Shown here in pieces: positions 39,965 through 53,617 of a DNA stretch of 64,000 nt (positions are counted from its first letter, which is position 1; every line of letters starts with the position of its first letter). Both the position numbers and the translations under genes were made by a program. Source of the stretch: Octopus sinensis (Eukaryota). A model generated the notes under the pieces. It was not told where the DNA came from. It did no database searches and saw only the letters and a program-made list of their open reading frames with translations. The stretch spans positions 157,170,001 to 157,234,000 of the forward strand of contig NC_042998.1 in assembly GCF_006345805.1 (NCBI RefSeq), written 5' to 3'.

Positions 39965-42445
39965 ATACAGTTCTATATTTAAGACATGAGGAATTATGTA
40001 CATAATTTACATTATTTACATTTGCCCGTGGGCAATTATGGAGCGAATTTTAGGACCTATATTTTCCTAGCCTTCCTTAATACTGGTTCCCATATGCTAT
40101 TCATATTTCTACTCAGTTTGCTTAGGAGGTTGTTGTGTCCTAGCATATGTGCTGCTTCTTTTAGTTTTCGTATTTTCCAGTGGTGTTCTCAGTCTATTAT
40201 TTAAACTTCATCCCACTGTGGGAGGTGGTCTCTGTTTTTCTATACATGATCAGCTATATCCGATTTATCAACATCTCGTGTCATAGCTTTGCGATGTTCC
40301 TCTACCCTTATTTTGAGGGGGCGGCATGTTTCGCCTTTGTGTAACCTACCACAATTGCATGGGATAGAGTACACGCAGTTTTGGGTCATATTCTCTTCTA
40401 TTGGTGGTTTTACCCGAAGAAGATATTTGCGAAGTGTTGCTTGAATGCTGCCCTGATGTCATATGGGCTGCATATCTTTTGTATCTTTTCGGAGAGGCCT
40501 TTCACATTGGGTAGACAGACTGTAGATAGTTTATTGGTTTCATCCTCTCTTTTCTACATAATGTTTTGGGGTTTGTTGTTGCTGAGCCTGCTCATTTCTT
40601 CGTGGTGGGTATCACGCTCGCTACTTATATTCTTTGCTCGAGGTTTTAGGCACTGAGTAATTCCTCTCTTTACATTGTGTGGATGATGTGAATTGAAGTT
40701 TAGGTATCGTCCAGTGAAGGTTGGCTTGCGATATACGGATGTCCCGAATCCATACTAGGTGCGTGTTATTAATACGTCCAGGAATGCCAGCTGATTGTCT
40801 TTTTCCTTTTCCATTGTGAACTGTATGGATGGCTTCATTGAGTTCACATGATCTAACAGCACTTGGACATCTTCCTGATGGGGCCAGAGTATAAAGGTGT
40901 GATCAGCATATCGCTGCCATAGGGTTGGTTTTAGTGGTGTTGATCCTAAAGCCAAATTCTCAAAGTATTCCATGTATATATTTGCTATTATCGCTGAGAA
41001 TGGCGAACCCATAGCTAAACCCTTTTCTTGTCGATATATATCAGTGTCCATATTGAAATGGGTAGTTTCTACACAGAAGGTCAACATTTCCATCAAGTTT
41101 CTTATTGGTATACTAGTGCGTTCTTTTAGATGGGTGTCTGTCACTAGTTTTTCTTGAATCACCGATAGTGCTACGACAGTTGGGACTTTGGTGAACAGAC
41201 TTATCACATCTAGACTCACCGTCTGGTTGATCTATTATGTGACGTGGGTAAGATTCTTTACGTATGATGCTGACTTTCCTGCTAATGGACTGATTATATC
41301 CACAAGGAAGCAGCTCAGAGGTCTTAATTGAATATCATCCTTGTGAAGCTTAGGGAGACCGTACATGGGTAGTAGTTTGTTGTCGTGTTGAGTCAGTTGT
41401 CTGTACTTCATTGGTGTAAAGTGATCCTTGTTCTTGATCAAGATCTGTGACAACTTCCTCTATGTTTTCAAAGTTGGGTCTTTCTTTACTTTGCTGTAGC
41501 TACCATCACTTATAAGACTTGCCAATTTTTCCGAGTAGACAGACTTGTTCATCACCACTGTAGTATTTCCCTTGTCCGTCGGAAGTATTACGATGGAATT
41601 GTCACTCTATAGTCTTTTGATAGCGAACGTTTCTTCCTTAGTGATGTTTGGTTCGGAAAGTTTCGCTTTTTCTAGTACCTGTCTCACTTTCCACCTTAGT
41701 TCATCTCCCCGAGCTTTTGGTATCTTTACCGTTATCTCTTCAATAGAGGCTATTATGTCCAAGTATGGAATGCGCTTGATGGTTGTCGCAAAGTTGTGAC
41801 CTTTGTTTAGTACTGCTTCTTCAGAGCTTCCTAGATGTTGGCTACTTACATTAATTACTGCTTTCACAGGTGAGTCACAGACTTCAGTCTTCATTCTCTG
41901 ACCCTTGAGTTTCATAAATTTCTTAATCTGGCGTGTCTTCACCATTTCAAATTCTTTCATGTACGACTTTTCTAGATCTTGTTGGATTCTCTTTCTATCA
42001 TCATCTCTGGTTATTTTCCTAAGTAATGAAGATAACCTCTCTTTGATTTCGTTATTTAGTTGATGTTTTTTCCAACGGTTGTAATGGATCCTCTCACTGA
42101 CGTGGGCATGTCCTGCCCTTTCCGCTTCTCTTCTAGCTTTATATGAACCCACTGGAGTCATTATATTCAAGCCAGGTGGTATTAACTTTGAGTCTCTACA
42201 TGTACACAGGAAAGCTAGATGGTTTGAAAGACGAGCTAGGTTTTGAAGGAGTTTCTCTATATGTCTCCATTGAAGTCTAATGTCGGCTCCGTACCGATTA
42301 GATAATACAGTTCTATATTTAAGAGATGAGGAATTATGTACATTATTTACATTATTTACATTTGACGGATATTTGTCCTCATTTTGTTTGTTGTTAACAC
42401 AATGTTTCGGCTGATATACCCTCCAGCCTTCATCAGGTGCCTTAG
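39965..42445 (-). mobile_element. Penelope-like element (Penelope/Poseidon-type), near-complete but decayed RT plus GIY-YIG ORF with terminal direct repeats
   Basis: N-terminus NRYG..LARLSNHLAFLCTCRDSKLIPPGL; RT motifs MYGLPKLHK, SLDVISLFTKVP, GLAMGSPFS, RYADHTF, FLDVLI; thumb YRKPTFTGRYLNFNSHHP; endonuclease VYSIPCNCG..GET..RVEEH..RKLKEA. 60-bp direct repeats at 39965-40024 and 42305-42364. Confidence 0.9.
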
Positions 42446-43639
42446 GGAAATTTGTAAGTGTACAATATATACAATATATACAATATATACAATATATACA
42501 AGATGTTGTATGAGATAGGTCTAGAGGTGAGAAAAAGATCAAGGGTGTTTTCGGTATTTGAGTTTCAACCTAGGCTGCACACAGAGGAAGTGACGAAATG
42601 TTGAAGAAAATTGATGAGTACAAAAGACTCGACTTTTGCATCGGCATAATAGGCAGCATCAATGAGTAGTAAGTTCACAAGGAGCTGGGAATGCTGAAGC
42701 TATAGTTATCTGTGACTTCAACGTTCTCATCTCTTAGAGAGGGTCGAAGTAACATATATTCCCCTAACCAAGAGATATTGTCGAAGAGATACAGGTGGTT
42801 TGTTAAGTTAAATCGGGTATCAATATGGGCGTAACTTAAAAATGAGAGACTTCTACGTAATATATAACGCGACTACATTATACTAGAAGGTTAATAGAGG
42901 ATTAATAGGTCTTGAAGGATGGATATGATTAATTATCCATAGTAGTATTAGTGGTAGCAGTATTATCAATGGAAATAATGACAATACCAGTGGTTGTGAT
43001 TACAGTGGAAGAAGTAGTAGAAGTACTAGTTGTAGCAGTAATAGCAGTAGTAATAACATTAATATCAATAGAGTTGTTAATGGTAGTAGTAGTTGTAGTA
43101 GCAGCAGCTGCAGTAGAAGCAGCAATAGAAGCAGTAGTTGTAATTGTAGAGGTAGTAGTAGCAGTAGTTGTAGTAGTTGTAGCAGTAGCAGTAGAGTCAA
43201 TGACTATAGCAGTAATAACCCCTGTGGTAGCATCAGTGCAAGCACTAGTAGTAGGTGTGGCAGAAGATGGAGTAGTAGCAAGATCAGCAGTAGCAGTAGT
43301 AGCAGATTCCCTCTAAACGACGTTCTCGAAAAGTATATTCTGACCTAAGCTTATCAAAGCCATCTAATCCCCTCTTTAGAGAGGTGACGATCACTCAAGT
43401 TCAGATCAACTTATTCGTGAATCAGGTAATCCGGTCTTTTTTAGCTTTTCACTTTCAAAATGACACATTCAGTTTCCATTGAATCCTTGTTTATGCATCT
43501 TAAGGTGATCTTGTTTCTGCAGCCACATTATCCCTAAACACACCACATTTATTTACAACAGCAAGAACAACATTGATACAAATAACAAGACTATATAGAA
43601 CTTAAATTCTTTCGGATTTTCTAAGGTTATCGCTAATGC

Positions 43640-44944
43640 GAAACTGCAATATATTGGTGATGTACTCTTAGAAAGATATTAATAGGAGAGGACGAAAACT
43701 CTCAGGATTAAATTAATATAAAGGTAGTATTACCACCCCAAGCGTTCAAATTCAGAAGCACGCACTGAAATAAGCCACTAGAAATAGGAAAAGTAAATTC
43801 ACTTGAGCCTTGAAAAGGCCTTGGGAGGTATTGAAATTTCCCCAGAAATATACCGTGCAAATGAAAATGGATTTCCACCAAGATTACTATACAGTGTTTT
43901 GAAAACAATTTAGAGTCAGAAGCCATAGCAGACTACACATTTGCAGGTTTAACGAAAAAGTTAACTGGAAAATTTTCATTCTGGACAACCGCTCAGCTCA
44001 AATCCTGTCAGAACAATATATTTACGCTAAACTGTATGTCCCTTATTCAAAGTGAAAAGCAAGGAATTCTGTTTCCATGAAGGGGAAGTATCCTTACTTT
44101 TCGCGAGAAGTATGATGGATGTGGTTAGCAGATGTTGGCAAGCTTATAAAAACATTTATTGAAGCATACAACATGAAAGAAACTCTGCATCGTTCTTAGT
44201 GGTTGGCATCATATAAGACTATTAACACGGGTCAGCATAAATTACGGCCTGTCTTGATGTTTGAGAATTTACGTAACGGAAATGTTAAAGATTTTATAAG
44301 ATTTCATGTAATAAAAGAGAAAGAATGTATTAATGAGTTGTTTCAGTATGACAAATCTTTTAGGAGATCTGATGCCAAGAATTAAGCAAGTAGACTGTCT
44401 GGATGAATGCTAATGAGAAAACGCCCGTTGCGTATCCCTGTACTGACTCTGAACTGATAGATATTGTTTCGAATTCTGGCAAAAGCAATAAAAGTGGTGA
44501 GGAAGATAGTGATGAAAATAAAGTAGATGTCGGTGAAAGTTTTAGCATTGATGAGTGAACTGAGATGTTTGAAAATACCCCAGAAACACAATAACATTGT
44601 TGGACGAAATGGATACTTGTCGAGATAATTCCAAAGTGTCTCAAGTAACTCTGGAAATCACCTTCCTAAGATTTTATCCAATATTTACTATTATCATCAT
44701 CATATACGTCATCGACGTCATCATCATCATCACTACCGCTGCCGCCGCCGCCGCCGCCGCCACCACCACCGCCGCCACCACCACCGCCGCCGCCGCCGCC
44801 GCCACCAATACCACCACCACTACTACTACCACCATAATCATCATTATCATCATCGTCGCCGTCATCATCATCATCAGCATCATTATCATCAACAACAAGA
44901 ACAACAAGAACAACAACAACAAGAACAAGAACAACAAGAACAAG

Positions 44945-44978
<34 letters not shown>

Positions 44979-45030
44979 CTTAAACTGCAACATCAAGCAA
45001 ACACATCAGATTTTCTCTGGAAATAACTGC
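43640..45030 (+). pseudogene. pogo/Tigger-type (DDE_1) transposase remnant
   Basis: Frameshifted matches: KPLEIGKS..ALKG; IFILDNRSA; NCMSLIQ..QGIL; HKLRPVLMF; WMNANEKTPVAYPCTDSELIDIV; terminal KQTHQIF after a microsatellite insertion. Confidence 0.68.
44690..44980. repeat. Compound (CAT)(GCC)(CAC)(AAC)n trinucleotide microsatellite
   Basis: Seen directly. Confidence 0.92.
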
Positions 45031-47699
45031 CAAGTCCGAATAATCACAATAGGATTTAAGTCATACTGATGGCGACTTCCTTCTGTAGGGTAACTGAAAG
45101 ACAGTAAGGAAAGCAGAAACTGTGGAACCTGAGAAAATAAACGTACATCAGTGAAGAAATCACTGCAATCCTCAACAGCTTCAGCTATTCATGCCAACTC
45201 TACAAAATAATCCAGACCATTAAACCAGGCAAAAATCACCACAATGTTAAAACACAACAAAAACTCAAGTGATACATCCTGAAACATCTTAGAAAAACTC
45301 ATAACTGATACCCGTATACTAAACTCTTCAGATCAATATACGGATTGAGGACATTAGTCATAAACCTTTTATTTTGTATACTTTTTAAAGGATAACTTCC
45401 TTACAAAAACAACAAAAATGCAAAAAGGAAAAAAAACTATGGACACTATTCTAACCACTGTCGACAAAGGCAACTTAAGGTCCTTGTATATATTTTATAT
45501 CGAATAGCCAAAGAGGGAGGATTACGCTCCTGAGCCTATTTCAGAATCTTTGAGAGCAGTGGGAGGAAGGGAAAGATCAGATTCGAAAGATTGCTACAAA
45601 ATTTAATGACGGTAGTGATATTAACCTGGCCAATACTTGCCCAAAGTTTTGTGAAGTGTGATTGTATCGGAAACTACGAACTGGTAAAAGCTGTGACCTT
45701 GACAAACCTCACAGTATTTCACTCACGTTCCTTCACGCTCTGAATTCAAATCTCACTTGTATTGACTTCCTTTTCGAAACTAACCCAAAGCGAGAGGAAG
45801 TGGTGAATAAAAGTAGGTACCACTAATATATTGTAGCTAAATTCCATTATGCGCACCTAACCCTAGACAAGAAAACAAAAACAAAACTAAGCAAGCAAAC
45901 ATATAATGATGTTTATTTAATCAATTCATGTGTCCATGTAAAGCTGGTAAGCCATGACAAACTGAAGAAAGTATATAAACCCACCTAGACAAAAAGAAAC
46001 TGCAAAGAAATATGTACAGATAAAGAATAGTCAAATGTTTTTGTTAGATATGTTAAAACTTACTGTAGTTTTCCTGAATTGGATTATTTTGTATTTGGTT
46101 GGCTGATCAAAATAAAAATGCGCCTCTACCATTGATAAGACTAGTTTTAAAAATCTCCTCTCTCTCAGATTGGTAATATTTATACTGAAATAAATAATGT
46201 CTTAATAACCATCATCGATCATATATATTTAATATATATGGTTTGTGTGTTTGTCGATAGGCTACGATTTGGCGTGGCGGAGATTACTCTCTCAGAGCAC
46301 CAGGTGTTAAAATGACTGTGAGTTATGGACAGGCCTTCCAGCAAATACACGCACATATACGTTAAATATATATGATCAACAATGTTTATTAAACTAGTGC
46401 TGCTTCTAATTCATATTTGAATGTCATAATATTTCCGAATACTCTCCTCAAGAACGCAAAGATGATTTCAAACACCCTGTTTATGATAGAATATAGATTA
46501 TGAGATTTATACTTATGGTTTCTTAAGTAACAACCATCTATGTTTTAATTGTAGTAAGGTTGAAAGTAAAATCTCTCCAGAATTTAAAATTTGTCATGTC
46601 TGCCCTGTAATACATACTTTTCAATCTATAAATATATGACCTTGCTACAAATGATCAAAACATACATAAGACATATGACACAATTGTAAATCTACTCCAC
46701 AATCTTACATAAACTACCTGAATAAAACCTATTAAAGACCATTGCCTTCCATCTTTCAGTAGTACCCCATTACAGCAAGTGCTACCAATATATAACATAC
46801 AAAAATACTTAATGACACCTCCACAATATTCTAAGAACACAGAACGGATAGTGAAAAAAAGCAAAACGACGCGGAGATAACATTCTTACAACGTTCATCT
46901 CTGGCGAATAGCGATAGACAAAGGACATTGCAGTATAAACAATACACAAGAACAATCATAGATGAATGAACTCAGTCTAGATTCTAAATCTTTCCAATAG
47001 CAGTCACAATAAACAAGAAAGAACAGAAAGCAGCGTAATTTGCATTTTGACAACAATAGATTGCATACACATCGAAACGAAAATGTTAAAATGAAAGAGT
47101 CCCTCGTTAAACGAAAGGCATTGGTAGGTGTTACAGCACACAAAGTCATAGCCCGTTCTGTCACGCGTAAAATCACGCTCGAATACCCTGATACAAGAAC
47201 ACTATAACAGCAACATTCTGAAATCATTATATCATCTCTGATAAGCATACCAAATCTTATGCACACAGAAAGAGACTCATTACTTGTAATGAGGCTATTA
47301 CTGTAACTTTATTACTCAGATCTGTGACGGAATATACGCTATAAATAAATGCATTAACAAACAACTGTAGCACTTTGCCCTTCACCGAGTCTACCTTGAC
47401 CGGTTCCATTATGACTATCACCAAATATGACTGTGCAACATTTCCAGGCTACAATACTGAACCCAACTCAATATCAACTGCATGTGAAAATGTTATACAG
47501 TCGTTAAATAGACGGAGACATGGTATATTTGGAACTATACAATTCGTTCAGTTGATTTATAACATAACGCATTCGAAAAATATTTAAGATACTGTATTTA
47601 CAAGTACGATATAACTTTAGAAATATGAAGGATGAAACTAATAATTCTAATACATAATTTCAATCACTCAACTCTTAGACTCATCATCAGCATCCTGAA

Positions 47700-48052
47700 A
47701 TATTGTTTCAAACGTTGGTACAAAGCCAACAATTTCGGGAGAGGAGGTAAATCGATTAAATCAACACAAGAACACAACTGTTACTTATTTTATCGATCCA
47801 GAAAGGATGAAAGGTAAAGTTGATCTCGGCGGAATTTGAATTCAGAACGTGAAGACGGCCAAAATGCTGTTAAACATGTTACCCGGAGTGTTAGCAATTC
47901 TGCCAGCTCGCCACCTTAGCATCCTAAAGTATTGGTTTCAAATTTTTGGCACAAGGCCAACAATTTCGGGGGATGAGGTACTTATTTTATCGACTCTGAA
48001 AGTCAGCATAAAGACGGACGAAATGCTGCTAAGATTCTGCCACCTCGCCGTT
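47700..48052 (-). mobile_element. Family-B SINE: one near-full and one internally deleted copy in tandem
   Basis: Heads ttctgccagctcgccacctt (to 47917) and ttctgccacctcgccgtt (to 48052), with matching tails. Confidence 0.85.
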
Positions 48053-48184
48053 TTAGCATCTTGAAATATTTACAATTGAATTATCTATGCAAGTAGATTC
48101 CTTTTTGTTAGGCGATGAATTACTGGTTCATCAATCTGCTAAAATAAAAATAAGAAAATGAAAATTAAGAATCGATAAATACAC

Positions 48185-48445
<261 letters not shown>

Positions 48446-48964
48446 AGTTTTGATAATCACCAGGATTGTGGAGAAAGTGGTGCTCTTGGCGAATAGTTTC
48501 AGAATGAAATTTTGAATTGCACTTGGCGCCATCTTGCCAACACTTTTTATAAGCTCGTAACACCTTCTATTATCCAACCACAAACTATATATCTACTGTA
48601 GATTGTACTTGAGTTTCATTGCGCTGAATGTTGATATTTAAAGAAGAAAGAACTTGAAGATATGTGAAACAGTCAATTAGCAACTACTACTCTCTCGAAA
48701 CCCGAAGAGCCGAAGGCTTTTATGCCATAAAAAAAATCACGGTTTGTTTAATCACAGATTTTCAGATGAATATCCTCTGTAATTATAATATTTTAGGTAT
48801 ACCTTCATTCATGTCTCTATTTTTTTCTTGCTGCTTATTTTGATTTTAATAACCTTATTTTGAAATTGTATGGATAATACCATGCTAAATTCTGGTGCTT
48901 CATCTTAAGTACCATATTCATATGAAACTAAATTTTGGTTGAACTCATCTACCATACCCAAGAT

Positions 48965-49027
<63 letters not shown>

Positions 49028-49512
49028 ACACACACACACACATACACACACACACACACACACATGTGTGTGTGTGTGTGTGTGTTTCAAAGGGCCAGCC
49101 TTGTTATACTCTGTGTCATGCAGAATCTCCCTGAGAACTACTTTAAGGGTACAAGTGTCTGTGGAGTGCTCAGCCAATTGCACGTTAATTTCACGAGCAA
49201 GTTGTTCCGTTGATCGTATCAGCTGGGTTTGCTCCATATATATGTTCAAATTTACAGTTATAAACTGTGTTTTGTTGAAGATCAAACTTAAGATTAAAAG
49301 CCTTCCAGTGATCATTATTTCAGCAGTTACTAATGTACAAAAGATAGCATCGGGCAGCATGTGTCTTTTTAAAAGGTATGTCTGAATTGGGTACTATTAA
49401 AAATATCTCCCGGGTATCGCTCATGGTGTGCTTCGCCGATGGTACTATCGAGAATAAGCCTCTTTACCAGATTTTAGAAGATTACTGTCAATTTAACTAA
49501 TACAATTACCCT

Positions 49513-49707
49513 TGTTTGTGTGTCTGTGTTTGTTCCCACCATCGCTTGACAACCGATGCTGGTGTATTAACGTCCCCGTAAATTAGCGGTCCGGCAAAAG
49601 TGACCGATAGAATAAGTACTAGGCTTGCAAAGAATAAGTCCTGGGGTCGATTTGTTCCAGCAAAACCGCAGTCAAATGACTGAAACAAGTAAAAGGGTAA
49701 AAGAGAA
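49513..49707 (+). mobile_element. Family-A SINE 3' half
   Basis: Matches the 3' half of 37664-38003. Confidence 0.85.
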
Positions 49708-50131
49708 TATATGTAGTACGCAAGGCGGCAAGTTCACGGAGACGTAACTGAGCCAGGCAAAATGTTTGCCACTTCACCTCGTTTAGGTTTAGCAACCCTT
49801 CCTGTTTGTTCCCACTGACTTGTTTTTGTTACCAACTTTGACCCTTCGCAAAATCCTAAATTTTATTTAATTTGCTCTGCGGGATCAACTGTTTTGTCGA
49901 AGGTGTATGTTGCCGTGAACTGGTCGAAATACGGAGTAGAAAAACAGCTGACAACTGATGAAGGATCGTTCTTTATGTTGCTTGTCTTGTTTTCCATCTG
50001 CTTCTTTCGTTGTTCGCAGAAAAAGTTCGTGTTCCATTTCGTATTTCATGTTGTTTACGTTCTGTAGCGGCCTGTGTCCATATATGCATGTATAAATACA
50101 TATATATGTTCATATATGTATGTATATATGC

Positions 50132-50220
<89 letters not shown>

Positions 50221-50260
50221 GATATATATATATATATTATTAATGATATATATATATATA

Positions 50261-50560
50261 TCATCCTTTAACGTCCATTGTTCGTGCTGGCATGGGTTAG
50301 ACGGTGTGACCAAAGTTGGCATCCCAGGGGGTTGCACCAGACGCTAGTCTGATTTGACATGGTTTCTACGGCTGGATAACTTTCAGAGTGTGCCGGGTGT
50401 TTTTACGTGGCACCGCCATGAGTGCTTTACACTACCTGATGGATCGGCCTTAACACTTCTAGTGCGGGGTTTGGGTCTTCTTGAGTACGGCCAGGCTCCA
50501 GGTATCTCACTCATTTATCATCTCGCCTGAAAAGTTCAGCTTCTTGAGGTGGTTCTTCAG
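50261..50560 (-). mobile_element. Probable RTE-type LINE/SINE 3' tail fragment
   Basis: catcctttaacgtcc..tgctggcatgggttagacgg..ggtttctacggctggat resembles a common RTE-related tail; from recall. Confidence 0.5.
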
Positions 50561-50749
50561 TATACATACATACATACGTACATACATACATACATACATA
50601 CATACATACATGCATACATACATATAAATTTAGATTCAGATGAATATGGTACTTAAGTTAAGGCACTAGAATTTAGTATGGTATTATCCATACAATTTAA
50701 AATAAGGTGATTAAAATCAAAATAAGCAACAAGGATATTCAGAGGTAAG

Positions 50750-50834
50750 GCAGTACGATCGTTTCATGCGACTCCATTTAATTGAAAAATGCAATCATTA
50801 CATCAATTTAAAATGCAGAGCAATCTTCAGCTGC
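50750..50834 (-). ncRNA. Candidate type I hammerhead ribozyme with a long stem II
   Basis: Minus strand: GCAG-CUGAAGA-(stem II region)-GAAAC GAUC GUA-CUGC. Stem I is 4 bp, stem III is palindromic ACGAUCGU, and the first stem II pair is a U-U mismatch. Confidence 0.55.
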
Positions 50835-51184
50835 ACAAAACCCATAGAATTTAATTAAATTTGAAGGACATATTAGTATAATTTTATCCAAAATCTCCAA
50901 GAGGATAAGGAGATACACGAAGAGCATGTTTTACCAACAAAATTACAGTTGTAACTCCATGTTTGTAATTCTATTTTTTTGTGCAGCTGAAGATTGCTCT
51001 ACATTTTAAATTGATGCAATGATTGCAGTGTTCAATTAAATGGAATCGCATGAAACGATCGTACCTCTGAATATCCTTGTTGCTTATTTTGATTATATAT
51101 ATATATATATATAGATATATATATATATATATAATATATATAATATATATATATATATAATATATAATATATAATATATATGAG

Positions 51185-53510
51185 AAGAAAATGGATATAA
51201 TAAGGGGAAACTTATCGTTTTCACTGGTATGCCTTTAATTTAATTAGATAACAAAGAAGCATTTACGATCGTTTCGATTTACGAGTATTAGTAAATCCCT
51301 TCAGAATGCGAAAAGAAGATTGGTGTATCGGTTAGGATGCGAAAATAATTGATACATATGTGATGGTAATAGACGCAAATTTAGTAGTTCTTACATTAAA
51401 TTTTGTTCTTGCGCTGGTAATTTCGCTAGGGAGAGGTTTCATTGCAATAGGCTAGTTAGTTTCGTTGGGCAATTAGAGGGGAGTGAGTATTATTTTGGTG
51501 TGGGGTTCCGAGTTTGACTAATCACATTTTTTCGGACATGTGTTTTAAAGTTGTTTTTATTCTCGAGTGAATTTGTCACCGCTGGTGTAAGTGAAGGGGG
51601 GTAACTCTAACTTAGGGTGGAAAGGGAGCTAACTTGTGCCAGTTTTTATTATGCTAGGTAGGGGGTGTTTAAGATTGTGTTATGGCTAAGAATTGTATTG
51701 TTGCTAGAGTTTAGGAAGTTCTTACTTCTAGAAAGAGCTCTATGTAGGTGCAGAGTAAATTATTATGGAATGTTGGGGGCGAGTGGGTTTGCTGGGTGAT
51801 TGTTTGTATGTAAGTGTTTAAGGTGGTTTCCAGGTAATTCGAATTATATAAGAGACTATTATAGTTTGGAATTATGAAAGATATAGAGGCCTACTTGAAG
51901 ACAAAAGGGGCTATTCTACCGGTATTTTGAAAATGCATAAAGGTCCACATGAAGACAAAAGAAGTTGTTCTCAAATTTTCTGTTCAGAAGGTGTTGTTTT
52001 ATCCGTAAGTATAGCTAGACGTTCTGATAGACAAAGATCGCTGCGTCTATTGGCGGTGTTATAGGAGGTTGTTTTTGTGAGTATACGCGAGTTTAAACTA
52101 TAATCTACTTTTTTTATCCTTAAGCTCCCAAATGTATGTACTGAGCCCTGTTGAGTTGGCCTTACTCCTATTTCTGAAGCTTGATTGGTGCGCATTATAT
52201 CTAAGAATCATTTGCTTCTTAATGGCGCCTATGTATGATTTTCTCTGGCTATTTGTGTGGACGTCACATTGGTAAACTATATTAATTGTCTTGCATCCAT
52301 TTGAGAAGTGACACTTAGTTCTATCTCTGCAGCTGCAAAAATAATTAGGCGTATTTGCGTTCGTGTTGTATTGTGGAGGGCTATTTATATTCAGATCTAC
52401 ATCGAAGTCATCAGGAGGCGCTGTGTTAGTGGTGGGCCTAGTTCTATTTGTTGATTGGTTTTTATTTTTATTGGTATTGTTCACAATCTTTCTAGTTTCA
52501 TAGAATTTGTCTAGTTTTTTTAAAATTATTTATTGAGGCTATTATTGTGGCTAAGTTATTAGTCAGACTGTGGCCTATTCTAATTTTATTTCTAAATAAT
52601 TCTGCGTATTTATTATTAACGAAAAGGTATTTGTCTATGATTTTCATTAATGAGCGAACTATGTTTTATTTGAGGTGCATGGTGTAGGGAATTAAAAGCC
52701 AGATATTATCGCTATTTTGTTTATTTTTGTGTTGTTTTTCCTAGTATAAAAGCTACCCTCCTTATTTGTGATTCGTGTGAAGATGTATGTGGTTGTATGT
52801 ATTTTTGTTATATCCATAGTTGGGTTTCACTTCCGTGTTACTTTTGTCTGTCCTATTGGTGTTATTATCGTAGGGTTCCTGTGGGTTATAGGGCCTGGTT
52901 TTCTTGCCATTAACAGGGTTCATATTAGTTCGTTGGGTGACTTTAGTTTTATTGATACCGATGTGTAGGTTTATACTATCATTTTTGTGGCTAATGCTAT
53001 TTTGGAGCATATTTGTATACTTAATGTTACTGGTTCTGTTAATATTGTTAATCTTATTTAATATCATTTTGTCGGTATTAGTGTTGCGGTTATTTTTATT
53101 GTTATTAGTGGTTTGTGTATGGGTATTGGCGTTGTTCATATTGGTGTTGTTTCTATCGGGGTTACCCGTAGTGCTCTTATTGTTAGTGTAGTTTGTAGTG
53201 GTGCACGGTGTGTGGTTGGTGTTAGCGGTATTAGTGAGTGGGTTTCTGTTATTTGGGCTACTTGTAGGGTGATTAGGGTCAAGGTATTTAATTTTATGTT
53301 TAAATCTTGCTTTCCGTCGTGCGGAGTTATAGATTTCTTTATGTCTATTAAAGATATCTATGTTGGAAGAAAGGCGTGATATTCTATTACTAATGCTATG
53401 TACTTCTCTTAATAAAGTTGGGATGGTTTATATATTTGAGGTTCGTGTTGGGTTTCGTGTAGGGTTCATGGGAGTCCTGTGGCTACCCTGGTAATAACCA
53501 AGAGCGACTT
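51185..53510 (-). mobile_element. Neptune-type Penelope-like element, 5'-truncated (thumb, linker, GIY-YIG, long 3' UTR with hammerhead)
   Basis: HEPYTKPNTNLKYINHPNF..RISRLSSN (about 53330-53480); IWLLIPY..KIIDKY..IRIGHS (about 52540-52720); CSCRDRTKC..IVY..SYIG..RYNAHQSSF..STGLSTYIWELK (52098-52484); CDLCL-like SDLCLSE. Confidence 0.85.
51259..51309 (-). ncRNA. Minimal type I hammerhead ribozyme fold at the PLE 3' end (A9>G core variant)
   Basis: Minus strand: GCAUU-CUGAAGG-GAUUUAC uaauacuc GUAAAUC-GAAAC GAUC GUA-AAUGC. Perfect 5-bp stem I and 7-bp stem II; palindromic stem III. Confidence 0.72.
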
Positions 53511-53569
53511 CGGACTTAATTATCCCTTAGAAATATCAAAATCCTTTAACTTATACATACACAACACAT

Positions 53570-53617
<48 letters not shown>

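Noticed and set aside
46860-47270. Coding-looking stretch (MKESLVKRKALVGVTAHK..)
   Set aside because: Short, bounded by stops, with no recognisable motif or clear splice signals.
49925-49975. GAAA..CUGAUGA arrangement suggesting a type II hammerhead
   Set aside because: No complementary stem II or stem I could be drawn.
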